Positions 50,731-64,000 of a stretch of 64,000 bases of DNA are shown here, in pieces. Within the stretch, counting starts at the first letter, position 1; each line of letters opens with the position of its first letter. Both the position numbers and the translations under genes were made by a program. Below the pieces are notes generated by a model. The model did no database searches. It was not told the origin of the DNA and saw nothing but the letters and a program-made list of their open reading frames with translations. Where the stretch lies: positions 82,212,001 through 82,276,000 of the forward strand of contig OX597822.1 in NCBI GenBank assembly GCA_951406725.2. The letters are read 5' to 3'. This DNA comes from Octopus vulgaris (lineage: Eukaryota).

Positions 50731-51909
50731 GTGTATTTAGCACAGCAACATCCATAAGAGATGTTGTCTCGGGACGAATATCGCAGTACCAGGTCTATCG
50801 ACAATGTTTATGCATTAAGTATGATGCATAGATGGCTATTTTAACTTAATACGTACCTCCACTACGTAAACCGGATTTTGACAACAGTTGTAATCAGAAC
50901 TGGAAATAAAATAATATAAAATAAGAATATTAAGCGAGGAGTATGACACGAGTGTCTGCTATTGCTGTGCCTGTTTTCATTATACCGTGATATAATAACG
51001 CTATCTGTTGAACTTCTAACACGTATGCAGATAGGAGAACAAAGCATCAACGAAACAGTTGTCATAGTAACATCAGAAAAAGATCCACAAATATTAGTTA
51101 GTACTACTAATAGCGAGAGTAAAAAAAAAAAGATGGGTCTGGATTTACTGACCAATGAGAAAACGGTATTCAGACAGCAGTATTGGTTATATCAAGTGGA
51201 ACACAAAAGAACTTGGCTTTGAAACGATGGTAGCGAAGTGTCGCTATTCTTTTCCTTGACAGGTCAATATCACTGGAACCAACAAAATCTATTTTTCTCT
51301 CGTAAAGAAATCTTATTGTAACCGGACTTCTATAATAAAGATGCATTTAAGCTGAACAAGAGATCAATTCACTGTATCCACAATTCCCTGGAGTTCTTGT
51401 TCCGCATATGCTATTTTCTTTTCCGTTAATCTAAATCACATTATCCACTCTCGCCACACATGCCAGTCAAAAGAAACTTTAATTCAAAATTACATTTATA
51501 ACGCTATTTCTTCAACATCGGTATAATCATTTCATTTTACGAAAACGAAATTATGTATTTACATTTTCTACAGAAAAATTATGCAAATCTAGTTTCATTT
51601 AAATCATAGTTTGAACGTTTTATTTCCTTTGAATGCATTGCTCTGTCTTATCCAGATCCATACTTCACCAACCATTGAAATAACTGGTGCTATTTAACTA
51701 TTTATTTAATTATAACACCCCCAGGTCGGAAGAGATCTACACTTCTTGTAGTATGCAGAAAATTGTCGTCATATTTCCACATCCATGTTTTCTATACGAT
51801 CCTCTCATCTGAGTTCCATGCCATTTTCAACCTTTCTAGCGACAAAAGCTACGTAACGAGAATCTGATTAGCAAGAAATAAATAAACACTGCTTTGACAA
51901 AAGCCAAAC

Positions 51910-52372
51910 GTATGTATGTATGTATGTATGTATGTATGTATGTATGTATGTATGTATGTATGTATGTATGTATGTATGTATGTATGTATGTGTGGGGGGG
52001 GGAAGGTTGATGATAAGCTGACCTTTCCATTGTTAAAAATAAAATCAATAATTTACTTAAATGCATCAAATGGTCTTTCAGTAAATATTTGATTGCCTTT
52101 ATGTCTGTTTTTACATAAAACACAAACATACAATTTTAAACAAAGTTTCAATCATGTTTAATAAGCCATTTTAGTCTAGACGTCAAAATAGACAGCATGG
52201 CTAATCTTTCGGAGTTTCCGTAGGGAAAGTGAAGGAGATGGAGTCACCACTATGTATGTATGTATGTATGTATGTATGTATGTATGTATGTATGTATGTA
52301 TGTATGTATGTATGTATGTATGAATGTATGTATGTATGAATGTATGTATGTATGTATGTATGTATGTATGTA
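51910..52372. repeat. Two (TATG)n arrays (51910-51990, 52251-52372)
   Basis: Direct inspection. Confidence 0.95.
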
Positions 52373-52563
52373 TAGCGATGCAAAGATGGTAACGCACATT
52401 AAGTGGGGCTCTAACAGCTGAAAGTCATCGATTAGTTGTCTCTATGTTTCCCACCCACTCCTTTGTTATTTCGAGTCTCTTGGTAAAACCAAAGGGTCAT
52501 TTTTATATTTATCAAACATGATAGTAACTTTGTTTACAAATCTATCTCATGTTTCACTGTCAG

Positions 52564-52627
<64 letters not shown>

Positions 52628-52659
52628 GCATTTCATTTTTTAAAATTTAATAGAATCTA

Positions 52660-54184
52660 CAGAGAGAATTCCATTGTTTTATGAATGCCTGTTTTCAAAC
52701 TAACGACCATTCTGGTTCTTTGTAACGTTCACTGACTTCCCTCAATTTCTCGTATGTTGCCGGTTTTGTACCATAAGCTTTATCTTTTAAGCATCCGCAT
52801 GAAAAAAAAAGTCTAGTGGTAGTAGGTTCGGTGAACGCAGAGGGTATTTTACAAAATCTCTTCGTCTAATTCCCCTGTATGAAAAAATCTCAAGGTAGGT
52901 CCTTACATTACTATGGTAACGTGGTGGTGGGGATACCATCTTGCAGGAAATAAAATTCTGTTTCTTCAAAGTCCTCTTAAATGTTTGGCATGACAGATTG
53001 TTGCAGCAAGTTCAAGTAAATGAGACCAGTCACAATACCGTAAAAAAAAAAGGTCCATTTAATCCGTTTCATAATAAGCCGGACCCTACTGTAACTCCTG
53101 GTAAATGAACATGATATTCCTTCGTAATATGCATATTCATAGATCCTGAGTAGATGCAACTGTGGCAGTTAAACGAGCCATTTAAATGTAGCCTCATCAC
53201 TCCAAAGAATCCGCGTTGGAAAGAGTGCATCTTCGGATCTTTTCTGTTTGAACGGCAGTTTTTAACTTAATTTCTAGGTAACTAAAAAATTTTAAACTTC
53301 GTATACTGGTAGAATGTGTTTATAAAACATCTTTTTCTCTTGGCTTTATTGAGAAAATTCTGTAGTTTGTAAGATATTTGTTGTTGTTTTTTCTTCAATT
53401 TCTGCAATTTCAACCAATCAATGACCGTCTATTGAGGTAAAAACATTCTGTGCCGTATGAATATGTTCCTCGTTTAAGAAACAGATTAGGTTTATTTACA
53501 TTTCTGAAGAAAAAAAGATACTCATCCCCCCACCCCTAATCCTAACCCTAACCCTAACTAACCCTAACCCAAAAACAGATTGAAATGCAATAGATCGATA
53601 CTAGGGTCATAATTATGGGTGACAATTTCACACCGCTAGAAAAAACTGCCGTTCAAACCGAAAAAATCCTCATCTTCTACATGTCTTGCCAAGTACAACT
53701 CGCAAAACTCCACTCTTCGGTCCGGATGATCATCATTGAGATCAAGGACTATTCTTGGAATGTAACTTTTCCAATGACAGCATTTGAAAATGCAGCGGGC
53801 GCTGATTTTGAAATTCCCATCTCACAACGCGCTGGCAATACGTTTCTATTAGCCATTCCTACTTTGCGGGGCTCAGCAAAACCCGCCGTCTCATAGAATA
53901 TTCCTTGAGAATATTCGGATCAATTCCATCTACTTCAAAATTATCTCTAATTCGAGTAAGGGTATGTCGCGTTGATGGATCTGTTCGAAACGCATCCTAA
54001 ATTGTCTTGACATTTTGATTGTGTTTCAAAATTCCAGTTGCACTTTATTCTGAATTTTCATTGTTCAAAGCTTAGTTTGTCTTCCCTCATTATTTTCAAT
54101 GGGTTAAATCTTTTTTTTTAAAAGGATGAAAATTTAGTGAGTTGTCAACTGTTAAAGTCTGTATACGTTTTGGGGGGATACCCT
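52660..54184 (-). mobile_element. Decayed Tc1/mariner-superfamily transposon
   Basis: RILWSDEATFK, FFYGIVTGLIYLNLLQQSVMP, FLQDG..PPRYHSNVRTYL, YPLRSPNLLPLDFF; terminal cagggtatcccccc at about 54184. Confidence 0.85.
53235..53669. mobile_element. Intact MITE with ~29-bp TIRs, 7-8-bp TSD and internal (CCCTAA)n
   Basis: ggatcttttctgtttgaacggcagttttt / aaaaactgccgttcaaaccgaaaaaatcc; flanks gcatcttc / tcatcttc; telomere-like tract 53534-53570. Confidence 0.9.
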
Positions 54185-54214
54185 GCACATTTATCTTTCA
54201 ATACGCACCACGCA

Positions 54215-54527
54215 CGAGCGCAAGCTTTCCGTCGGTTTCGACGACGTGAATTAAACTTGATCAACGGAACAGCCTCCTCGTGAAATTAACGCGCAAGAAG
54301 CTGACATGCGTACCCTTGACATTGGCCTCAGGGAGGTTCAGCGTGACACAGATTGTGACAAGGCTGATCCTTGAGAATTACAGGTCCAACTCATTTTTTG
54401 CCAGCTGTGTGGACTGGAGCAACGTGAAATAAAGTGTCTTGCTCAAGGACAGCACGCACCACCGGGAATCGAACTCCCGATCTTACGATTGTGAGACGAA
54501 TTCTTTAGCCACTAAGCCACTCGCCTT
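54215..54527 (-). mobile_element. tRNA-derived SINE family E (V-like core)
   Basis: Reverse complement: aggcgagtggcttagtggctaa...gagttcgattcccgg...gtccttgagcaagacactttatttcacgttgctccagtccac. A decayed relative lies at about 43443-43690. Confidence 0.8.
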
Positions 54528-54955
54528 CTCTCTTTACTCACCCACCCCCCTCTCTCTCTCTCTCTCTCACACATACACATTTTCATTCATAAATTCATAA
54601 TTTGTTTTATGGGGTTATTTTTCACAGCAAACATCGAATCGAGGTGGGCCGCCTTACTGTAGCGGAGACAAGAATATATAATATTTATAGGTGGCGTTGC
54701 ATATGTCCCGTTATGCTAATTATCTTGCAGGGATGAAAATAAAATAAAATATAAGAAAACAAAGCAAAATGAACAAGTAGAAAATAAATTCAAGTACATT
54801 ATTTGAGATCGATGGAATGGCTGTGGCAGTGATCTGTAACACAACTGCCTGGTAATCGATAAATACGTGGCTCAAGTCCAGCCAGTGAACCGTCCTTTCT
54901 TTTCTAACGCAAGTTGGTTCTTACGTGAATATTTTATGATGCGCGTATGTGTGTG

Positions 54956-54987
<32 letters not shown>

Positions 54988-54989
54988 TG

Positions 54990-55060
<71 letters not shown>

Positions 55061-55102
55061 GCGTGTGTGTGTGTGTGTATTTATACATACATGAATACAT
55101 AC

Positions 55103-55136
<34 letters not shown>

Positions 55137-55616
55137 ATATATATGTATATATGTATACATACACAAAACTATATATGTGTGTGTATGTGAGTGTGTGTAT
55201 TTATACATACATGCATTATATATATATATGAATGCATGTATGTATTCGTGTATGTATAAATACACTCACTCACATACACACATATATATAGTTTTGTGTG
55301 TATACATAAATACATACATACTCACACATATATATATATTCATGCATGTATGAACACACACACATATATCACATTGAGATCACCGCCGTTTCACGTGATC
55401 GACCGATTAATCGACAGCATCAACGTCAAGCCATCACGGGATTCAACTTTCTAGAACTTTCTAATAAGCCCTATAAACAGATAGGCTTTTGGCGGTAACT
55501 TCAGAATGTCGAGGTTCTGACATTTTACAAGGTAGGATTCAATCTGTTTTCGCAAACAGCCACCTCTCTGCCAAATCACCTGTAATAAGTAGAATGTTTC
55601 AAGATGCAGTTCTAAG

Positions 55617-55666
55617 ACCACTATTATTTATCATAACCCTATCAGATGATGATAAATAATAGTGGT
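55617..55666. repeat. Perfect 18-bp inverted repeat with 14-nt loop
   Basis: accactattatttatcat...atgataaataatagtggt. Confidence 0.9.
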
Positions 55667-56454
55667 ATAAGCTCACAGATATTCCCAGCCAATCTAATGA
55701 GTTATGCCGATGGCTATCCAAATTCTAGAAGCAGCTGTCACACACTAGAATGAGCTAAATCTCATCTATCAATGGGCAAATGATAAAAATGTGAATTCAG
55801 CATGTCGAAATTTCAAGTTCTTCATTTTGGAATTGACTTGCACGGTACAAATTAGTTGACACCAGAAATCACAACAATTAAAACTCTATACTGTTTACAT
55901 TATCAATACCATATACTTAACTTATGTGTATAGACGAAATACTGCCGTTTCTGGCGTTTAAACAACACGCGTGTTAAATATATGGAATCAAAAATGCTTA
56001 TACAATAAGCTGCTTTTATAGCATAATCTAAATTTATTCTGCTTCTACGACACCATAGCAAATCAACAAATATTTTATACACTTTCTGTATATACTTCAG
56101 ACAAACGATTTTCTTTAAGAAGTGACGCGAGTAGGCGGCATTGATAAACTGCAACTACAGCGAAATACGGTATCTGCCACTTTCGCGATCAGTTCCGGTG
56201 CGATTTCATTTCGCTTAGCTCTGATGTATATTGAATCTTTTTTACTCTATACACCTTGAAATGGATTTTTCCCAGGCAAAAACCTGTAGCCTCTAGTGTT
56301 TAAGCACATGTATACTTTAATAAGTATCTGGTATTGATAATAATGTTTCCTGTCCGTCTTTGTATCGTCTACCTGTCCGTATGTTTTTTATTGTCGTCTG
56401 TTACGTTGTTATCCCATTTTCTGGATATATATATATATATAAATAAATAAATAA

Positions 56455-56499
<45 letters not shown>

Positions 56500-57099
56500 C
56501 AGTATTCAAATATAAAATTTTATATTACATATCGTTGCTGTTATGTAAAAGTGTCGTAAGTCCAAAACGTTGTTTTTTTTCGGAAAATGAACAAATAGTT
56601 TCACCATTCAATAGCAAAACTGTTGTACTACACTTTGACAATTTTCAGTATTTTGGCATCTGAAGCAGCTGCCAAGAACCGGTTATTGCAAGCAAAAATA
56701 AATATTGAAACAAATGCATTTGGCCAAATTTGGATATACAACGGTTTAACATAATAGCAACGATATGTATGTTTTATACATATATAATATTATGTGTATG
56801 TAATAGTATACTATCTATGAATATATATGTATAAGTACTCACACACACACATAAATATGTATGTGTGTGTTATAAACCACAGTCTAAATGTAAAATGCTT
56901 TTATTCAATCTATTTTGGCACCATCCATCTTGAGTCCGTGAAAAGCCTCATGCTGTAGTTGCGCAACGACGAAGAATAAATGACAAAGCAAGAAGCGCAC
57001 TGGTGCTGATGCACCCAACAGCAGCTGCCACATTGTACGGAATGTGAGAATTAAACATAAACATGTTAGAAACGACAACAGTGATGGTTCAAATATATT

Positions 57100-60000
57100 T
57101 ATCGCAGTTTTCCAAGCTAAGTGAAAGGAATAGAAATGGTCGAGGTAAGAGAGTGGAATGTCAGGAGAAAACTTGAGTAGAATTTATCGATTAATAACGA
57201 TATTTGAACTGGTAGAAATGTCAATAATAATTCCTATCGTTTTGGTCGTCTGATCTCATGTCCACTTGTTCTTACGGGTGGATTTTCCTTGTCAGTAGAA
57301 ATTTCGCTCAACGCCAGAGTAAGTCGGCCTTTCTCGGTTCGTTTTGAATATTATGGAGTTTCCAGTTGAAGGTTTGGTTCTATTGCTGTGTGTTGGAGAA
57401 GAACTGGGGTAGAGAGAATCTTTCCTGCATGCAAAGAAAGTTGTTACAATAGTTATTGGTGTATATAGAGAGAAATGTTTCTGCAGTTGTTGGCGTATAT
57501 AGAAAGAACTGTTTCTACAATTATTGATGTGTATAGTTTATGAAGAGTTGAGACTGCGTCTGTTACTGTTCCTGTAGAGTACTTATGCAAAGTTTGGAAT
57601 TAATGTTTCTTTAAATGTTACTATTTCCACTGTTGTCAGTGTGTTTATTCATTTTGCAGTCGACCAAAACAGATTAAACTATTGTGATGAATGCCATTTA
57701 GATGAGAGAGCAAATTGTGGTTCTGGTTCCTGCTGAGAATGGTCAAAAGCTGGCTGTCAAGTGGCAAGAATTACATTTGATTTGAAAGAATTACATTTGA
57801 TTGCTTTCGCTAGCAATTTCCTTAAGGGGTAATAGGGTGTGGTGCGAGTTTTTACGTTGGAGAATTGTTTTGGTTCTTGACCCCTTCAAACTGCATGCCA
57901 TCATCTAAAAGAATGCAATTTGGTAAACAGGACAGAAGAAATAATGGAGAGAGCCAATCATAATTTTCTCATATGAGAATCCGAAAGTGTATTGTAAGTT
58001 TTCGAATAACAGCAGTAAATGAAGACCTTCAGGTGCAGACCCCAATGGTCGAAAGAAGTCAATGGATGTTACTTCCTACATTGAACGTGCGTGCGTGTGT
58101 TAGTTGTTTTTTATCTATAGAACTCTGGTTTGAGGGTTTCGTAAATTTAGCAGTCCTTGGTTATTTTACAACTTTCTGTGAGTAAAAACGGTAGTTTTAG
58201 AGTCTTATAATGGTGGAACATCATAAAGCATCCTTTCACATGAGAAATATCATTCGTCTTGGCGCATTTGGATAAAAAGTAATAATTCTAATCGATGAAT
58301 TCACAAATGAAAATCTTTCGACAGAGATTTTCATTTGTGATTCTGGATAATCGTCCAGTGTTAGAAAAGATAAGAAATTGAGCGTTGGTCTTCGAGAAAA
58401 GTAAAATAAGATAGTAATGGAACAGTGATCTTCACAGTCTATTGCCTTCTACAACTGCAGCACTTTCCTCATCAATAGGTGACTGGTCTTCCGCCGACAG
58501 AGAGAGGGCGCAAAAATAGAAAACCCCTGGTCAACAATTTCGACAAGAAATTCCATCTAGAGAGTTCTATGATGCGTGTTTCTTGTGACATAAGTCTTTC
58601 AGGAATCGGTATTGAAAGAGTAGTATGTAAGAAGTTCTGTTTTGAGTTCTTATATCACTTTTGGTTCCCAGCGATAGATAGCTACCTCTAATATTAATTT
58701 CGTGAGTCTTGTGTATCTCCGTCAGAATAATAGGCAAAGAATCCTTCAAATCTGTTCAGCAGTTCACAGTTCAAAAGTTTTAATTTCTGGAAAATCTACA
58801 AGGGGTTGGTATCTTGAAGATTCGGATCTTACTGTGCTAGTTTCGATTATGTATTCAAGAACAGAGATAGATTTCTAAGATATTTTATATTTTGATTCGT
58901 TGAACTACATACCAAATTTTGAGAAGCCGTCATGAAATTAGATTAATATTATGTTCTTCCTGTGTTTTAGCTACAATCATAATGTCAAGATAATTCTAAG
59001 TTCGTTGAGGCGTATTTTTCTGAATGAATTCGTCAATAATTCTTTGAAATATGGACACAGCGCTAACGCTGCCAAAGAGGAGTTGGATAAACTTGTACAG
59101 TTGGCCTTGTGCACTTTGAAGCAATAGACAAGTTTTATGACCGATTATATATTCGTGATAATACATAATCCAGAGGGTATAAGGCGACGAACTAGCAGAA
59201 TCGTTGGCACGCCGACAAAATGCTTAACGGCATTTCGTCCGACTTCACATTCTGAGTTTAAACCCCACCGAGGTTGACTTTGCTTCTCATCTTTTCGCGA
59301 TCAATAAAATAAGTACCAGTTGGACACAGGGGTCGTTGTAATCGATTTATTTGCTCACCCGAAATTGCTGGCCTTGTATCAAAATTTGAAACCAATGTAT
59401 CTTTCAGAGGTCTTCTAGGCGACTAGAAACTTGATGAATCGCACTCTCTAAGCTGATATGGTTAAAAATATCAAGGCAGTCTGAATAAGTATGGTATCGA
59501 TAGAGGCTGGAGGATATGAGTCGAAAAATAGATGTTGATTGTGTAAGAATAGCGTGTGATTCGATCCTTTGTCTATATTTAACATCGGGATCTCTAGACA
59601 CTACTGCTTTGTTGGATAGCACAGTTCTGTAGCATTTTGCCCATCATTACACAGTTGAAATTCTAGTGTTTGAAGGAGAGTCTTGGAGTTGCAACGGATA
59701 TTAGTTTTGAAATATTTACGCCTTGATTACTCCGTAGCGGTATTTCGTCTGCCGCTACGTTCTGAGTTCAAATTCCGCCGATGTTGACTTTGCCTTTCAT
59801 CCTTTCGGGGTCGATTAAATAAGTACCAGTTACGCACTGGGGTCGATGTAATCGACTTAATCCGTTTGTCTGTCCTTGTTTGTCCTCACTGTGTTTAGCC
59901 CCTTGTGGATAGTAAAGAAATAGGTATTTTGTCTGTCTTTACGTTCTGCGTTCAAATTCCGCTGAGGTCGACTTTGCCTTTCATCCTTTCGGGGTCGATA

Positions 60001-61500
60001 AATTAAGTACCAGTTGCATACTGGGGTCCATCTAATTGACTGGCCTCCTCCCCAAAAATTTAGAGCCTTGTGCCTAGAGTAGAAAAGAATATTTATTTAT
60101 TCACACTGTTTTGAATTAATTATACATTATCTCGTAGTTTCGAGATTTCAAATGATGTGTTTGTTCATTTCTAGAATGACATTGTAGGACAAGTGTGAGA
60201 AATCGGATCAGTCCGGTTTGAACATAAGACAGGTGGAATATTTGAGCCGGACATGGTCAGTTTAAATGCTAAAGTTTTTTTTTTTTTAGAAGTTGGATCC
60301 AGTGATAATGAACAAGTAGTTGGAAATTCACATTTCTTTACGAGAGAATACTAGTTTTGTGAGTAATAATTGTCGCATGAAGGTATTGTTGTCATCCAGA
60401 ATGTGTTTTCCATTCAAGATGTTACCTGAGTCAGTAACAATTAATTCTTTGACCTTTAAATCATTAACAAAATTACCTGATAACTGGTTGCCTTCTAATA
60501 CAGATACAAGGTTACTTGACATTATGCGGCATTTTTCTTCATTCTCTTGGTATTCAGACAATAATGTAGGTTGTCCGTTAAAAGTGAGGGCAATGCTTCT
60601 TTTAAGGTAACATTCGGGTTGTGGTATAGAGATTTCCTTTCCTTTTTACGAGACAAACGTTTGTCCAGTGCCCTTTTCTGTTGTTGCACAAACGGCTGCC
60701 TGCAAAGCACATACCTCGTTTAGGGCATTGATCTTTTCAATTGTTTCTTCTTGACAATGCTTCCACCACGGGAAGCCTTCTAGATGAGTGTGCAATCAAT
60801 TTAACATCGTCTATTCTTAGTTCAATAACTTATAATGATTTTCTATAGAGAACTTTCAACAAGACGTTGTGCAACAGAACGTGACTATGTATTCAAGATA
60901 AATATATCTTCCGTGAGATTGTACTAAAGTTGGCTAGCGTTTAAGGGAAGTTGAAGTACATCCATAAAAATTTATCAATGTTTTTCACCTCAGTTTTTTT
61001 GTTTACGTAATCTCATTAACATATCATTATAGCCAATGATTTTTGAGAGTATTTTGTTTCTAGTCTAATAATTTCATTCTCGAATATAATCATTTAATTC
61101 CAATCTAGAAGTTAACATGGTGGCTCGTTTTCTTTCTACGAGATTGGAGTCATTAGCTCGTCATCAAAGTGAATCTTCGTTGTGTCTTTTCTATAAATGT
61201 TTCCAGGACCATTTGCTCTGATGAATTTTCTGGTTTATTACCTTCTGTGAAAACCTTCAAACACATCACCAGCTTCTCTTCCATCGTTTTTCTGTTGAGC
61301 TTCCTGTTAGACATGTTTTTTTTTTATTCTAAGGACTTATTTTCTCGAACATTTACTTTCTGGAGCTTACTATCATCGTCTTGTCTTCCTCTGGGCTACA
61401 CTATTTAGTCCCTTGACCTCTCTGTTAATCGACATCTTTTAATTTTATAGACCCCCTTTTTTCCTATTTTGTAGTTCGTTAAGTTACAATGGCCTCAAGC
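57100..61500 (-). mobile_element. Heavily decayed Ty3/Gypsy retrotransposon (gag-PR-RT-RH-IN order)
   Basis: Zn knuckle KGHWTNVC (about 60670); RT GQLYKFIQLLFGSVSAVSIFQRIIDEFI...YLDIMIVAKTQEEHNINL (59110-58940); RNase H GGRPV, EESAAVVE, EDQRSISYLF, RITNEN; integrase DDGMQF...TTPYYP. Confidence 0.85.
59180..60090 (+). mobile_element. Family B SINEs nested in Gypsy (59180-59395; tandem 5'-truncated pair 59735-60090)
   Basis: Three gttcaaattccgc.ga.gt.gactttgc.t.tcatc-like cores. Confidence 0.85.
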
Positions 61501-62066
61501 TTGTTTCAGACAAAATCATAAATAAAAGTAATGTTATTCTACTATTGGATGGCGTCTATGTGTAACTCTTAAACAATTTGTTAATTTCCTACAATAATTA
61601 GCGTACAATATCATGCATTTATTTGCTTAATGATTTTTTTCATCACGACTTTCGTAAGTACGATCAAATCTATGCTTTGCTGAAGAGGTTTGATATATCT
61701 TGTGATATCTCCTATATTAGCAAGGAATAATTAAAATAATATTGTTAATTATTGACAACTAGTATCTCTTCTTTGCTGCATAATTATTTTTCATTAACTA
61801 TTAACATTTCAGTGTATTGTGTTAACACTTAAGCGGGTAACTGAATGCTAGAGCAACTTGAATAGACATCGCAGAAACCGACGGAGGATCCATTTACTTA
61901 CTCTATGTGCTATATTTATGTATATTTGTAGATATCTATTTTATAAATAGATACATCCTTCAACTTTGACTTAAATGGATTAATCATACAATCAACTTTA
62001 TTAGATGTACCGATTACCCATTGTTCCTACCACAAAATTAAACACAAACACACACACATGTGTGCG

Positions 62067-62154
<88 letters not shown>

Positions 62155-63089
62155 TTAGAAGTTTGTGTTTATAAGTATGTGTACGTACATGGTGATATTA
62201 CGAACAGAGTGAAAAAAGAACTCAATACCGAAGTAAAGTGAATATTTAATGTGGTTTATTTTTCCTGCTTACGGCATCCTGGAGCCTTGCAGTTGGTCGG
62301 AGAGCCTTAACCATTCGGCCAAACTACATGAAAGACAGACAGAGCAAACCGTTAAATTAAGGGACGTAAACAAGCCAACACAAACTCAGATACACACACA
62401 TATACGATGGGCTTCTACACAGTTTCCATCTACTAGAGTCACTAACAAGGGCTCGATCAGTCCGAGAATATAGGGAAAAAAACACTTGCCCAAAGTGCTG
62501 CGTAGTGGGACTGAACCCTAAACCACGTGGTTGCAAAGCAAGTCTCTTAACCACACAGCCATGCCTGCACCTTCACCACATTAGTTAACCCCGGGTAAAC
62601 CAATCGACTAAAAGACCCCTTGTCATAGAACAAACTTGTTTCAAGAATTGACCCCAGTACTTCTTTTTTTAAGCCTGGTACTTATTCTGTTGGTCTCTTT
62701 GCCGAACCGCTAAGTTACGGAAACGTAAACGCACCAACACAGGTTGTCAAACAGTTATTGGGGACAAACGAACACAAAGATACACACACGCATATACATA
62801 CATACATACATACATACATACGTATGTATGTATGTATGTATGTATGTATGTATGTATGTATGTATGTATGTATGTGTATGTGCGTGTGTGTGTGACGGGC
62901 TTCTTTTCAGTTTCTGTCTAGCAAATCCATTCACAAGGTTCTTGTCGGCCTGGGGTTATAGTAGAAGCCATTTACCCAAGGTGTCACGCAGTGGAACTGA
63001 ACCTGCAACCATGTGGTTGAGAAGCAAATTGCTTACCACACAACCACATATAATCATATAAAAACAAATCAATAGAACAATATATATAT

Positions 63090-63371
63090 AATGTGAGGTA
63101 TATTTGCCATCTCAATATGGCTAACCACTAAGGGTGGGTGTTACTGTAGCCTGTAGCCCCTGGAGAACATCTCCTCCAGCTGGCTTTAGGCACACTTTCT
63201 GCCTAAAGCCAGCTGGAGATGTTCTCCTGGGACTACAGGCTACAGTAACACCCACCCTTAGTGCTTTGTACCTAAAGCCAGCTGGAGGAGATGTTCTCCT
63301 GGGGCTACAGGCTACAGTAACACCCACCCTTAGTGGTTAGCCATATTGAGATGGCTAGTATACCTCACATT
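63090..63371. repeat. Near-perfect inverted triplication (A, partial A', full A')
   Basis: Arm 63090-63192; reverse-complement copies at 63200-63263 and 63271-63371. Confidence 0.92.
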
Positions 63372-64000
63372 GTCGTGCAGTTACTGTTTACACCTCGTTC
63401 AGAGATTTATTATTGAATATATATATATATATATATATACAAATAAGAAAATGGAGAAACAACCTAGTTTGTTCATCAAGTTTCGGATATTAGAATGTTG
63501 AATTATTTATTCATTTAACAAAATGAGAACCTTAATAGCACACATATATATCTTATAATTCAATACATATAAGATAAGAATACAAATTATAAAAATCATA
63601 ATATAAATTATTGAAATCATTAAGATCACTCCGGATAAATACTATCCCTTAGTGGGTTGCACCCATAACCCCTAACCCCTAACTTACTTTGTGTTATATA
63701 TATTGGTTTGTGTCTATGTTTTCGTTTCTCATTGTGTTCGACGTCCCTTTGGTGTCCTGTACTCATATATGCGTGTATATGTACATGTAGAGGTAGGTAC
63801 GTACATATATGTTTATATATATGCATATATTTTATTTTATTTATTTATATATATATATATATATCAAACAGAACAGAATTATCATTACAAAACCCCAGAA
63901 CTTATTACAAAAACAACACATCACACACGCACGCACACACACACACACACACACACATACACACACACACATACACACACAAGCACCCATACCAATGGAA

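Noticed and set aside
56880-57070. Candidate 3' LTR of the 57-61 kb Gypsy (aataaaagcattttaca end on the minus strand)
   Set aside because: No matching second LTR or polypurine tract could be found by eye.
60320-61400. Possible endogenous virus or novel protein
   Set aside because: Lies upstream of Gypsy RT/RNase H/integrase motifs on the same strand and includes a gag Zn knuckle, so it is best explained as Gypsy gag-protease.

Overview
AT-rich, microsatellite- and SINE-dense eukaryotic DNA, most likely an octopus (coleoid cephalopod) genome; this is inferred from the repeat landscape, not from a database search. There is no intact protein-coding ORF, and almost all ORF-track entries are microsatellite or repeat read-throughs. 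The left half (1-~33.5 kb) is CpG-depleted and looks like the long 5' introns of a minus-strand gene. That gene has a CpG-rich promoter/first exon near 34.3-34.5 kb, a possible UTR exon near 11.7 kb and a candidate ATG exon at 8491-8826 (MSRGGSLDRNVLPVFLVST...). The right half keeps its CpGs and is a transposon graveyard: two decayed Ty3/Gypsy elements, two Tc1/mariner relics, RTE and CR1-like LINE pieces, and a Penelope-like (PLE) GIY-YIG fragment between long inverted arms. Highlights: (1) a TSD-bounded 397-bp element combining a tRNA-like segment with two inverted minimal hammerhead ribozymes (22660-23056); (2) a dispersed family of short hammerhead-bearing units ending in (TA)n, several sharing a non-canonical CUGUUGA core; (3) a 5'-inverted (twin-primed) RTE LINE; (4) a MITE carrying (TTAGGG)n nested in a mariner; (5) many intronic fold-back sequences that could form dsRNA. 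Coordinates of decayed elements were read by eye and are approximate.
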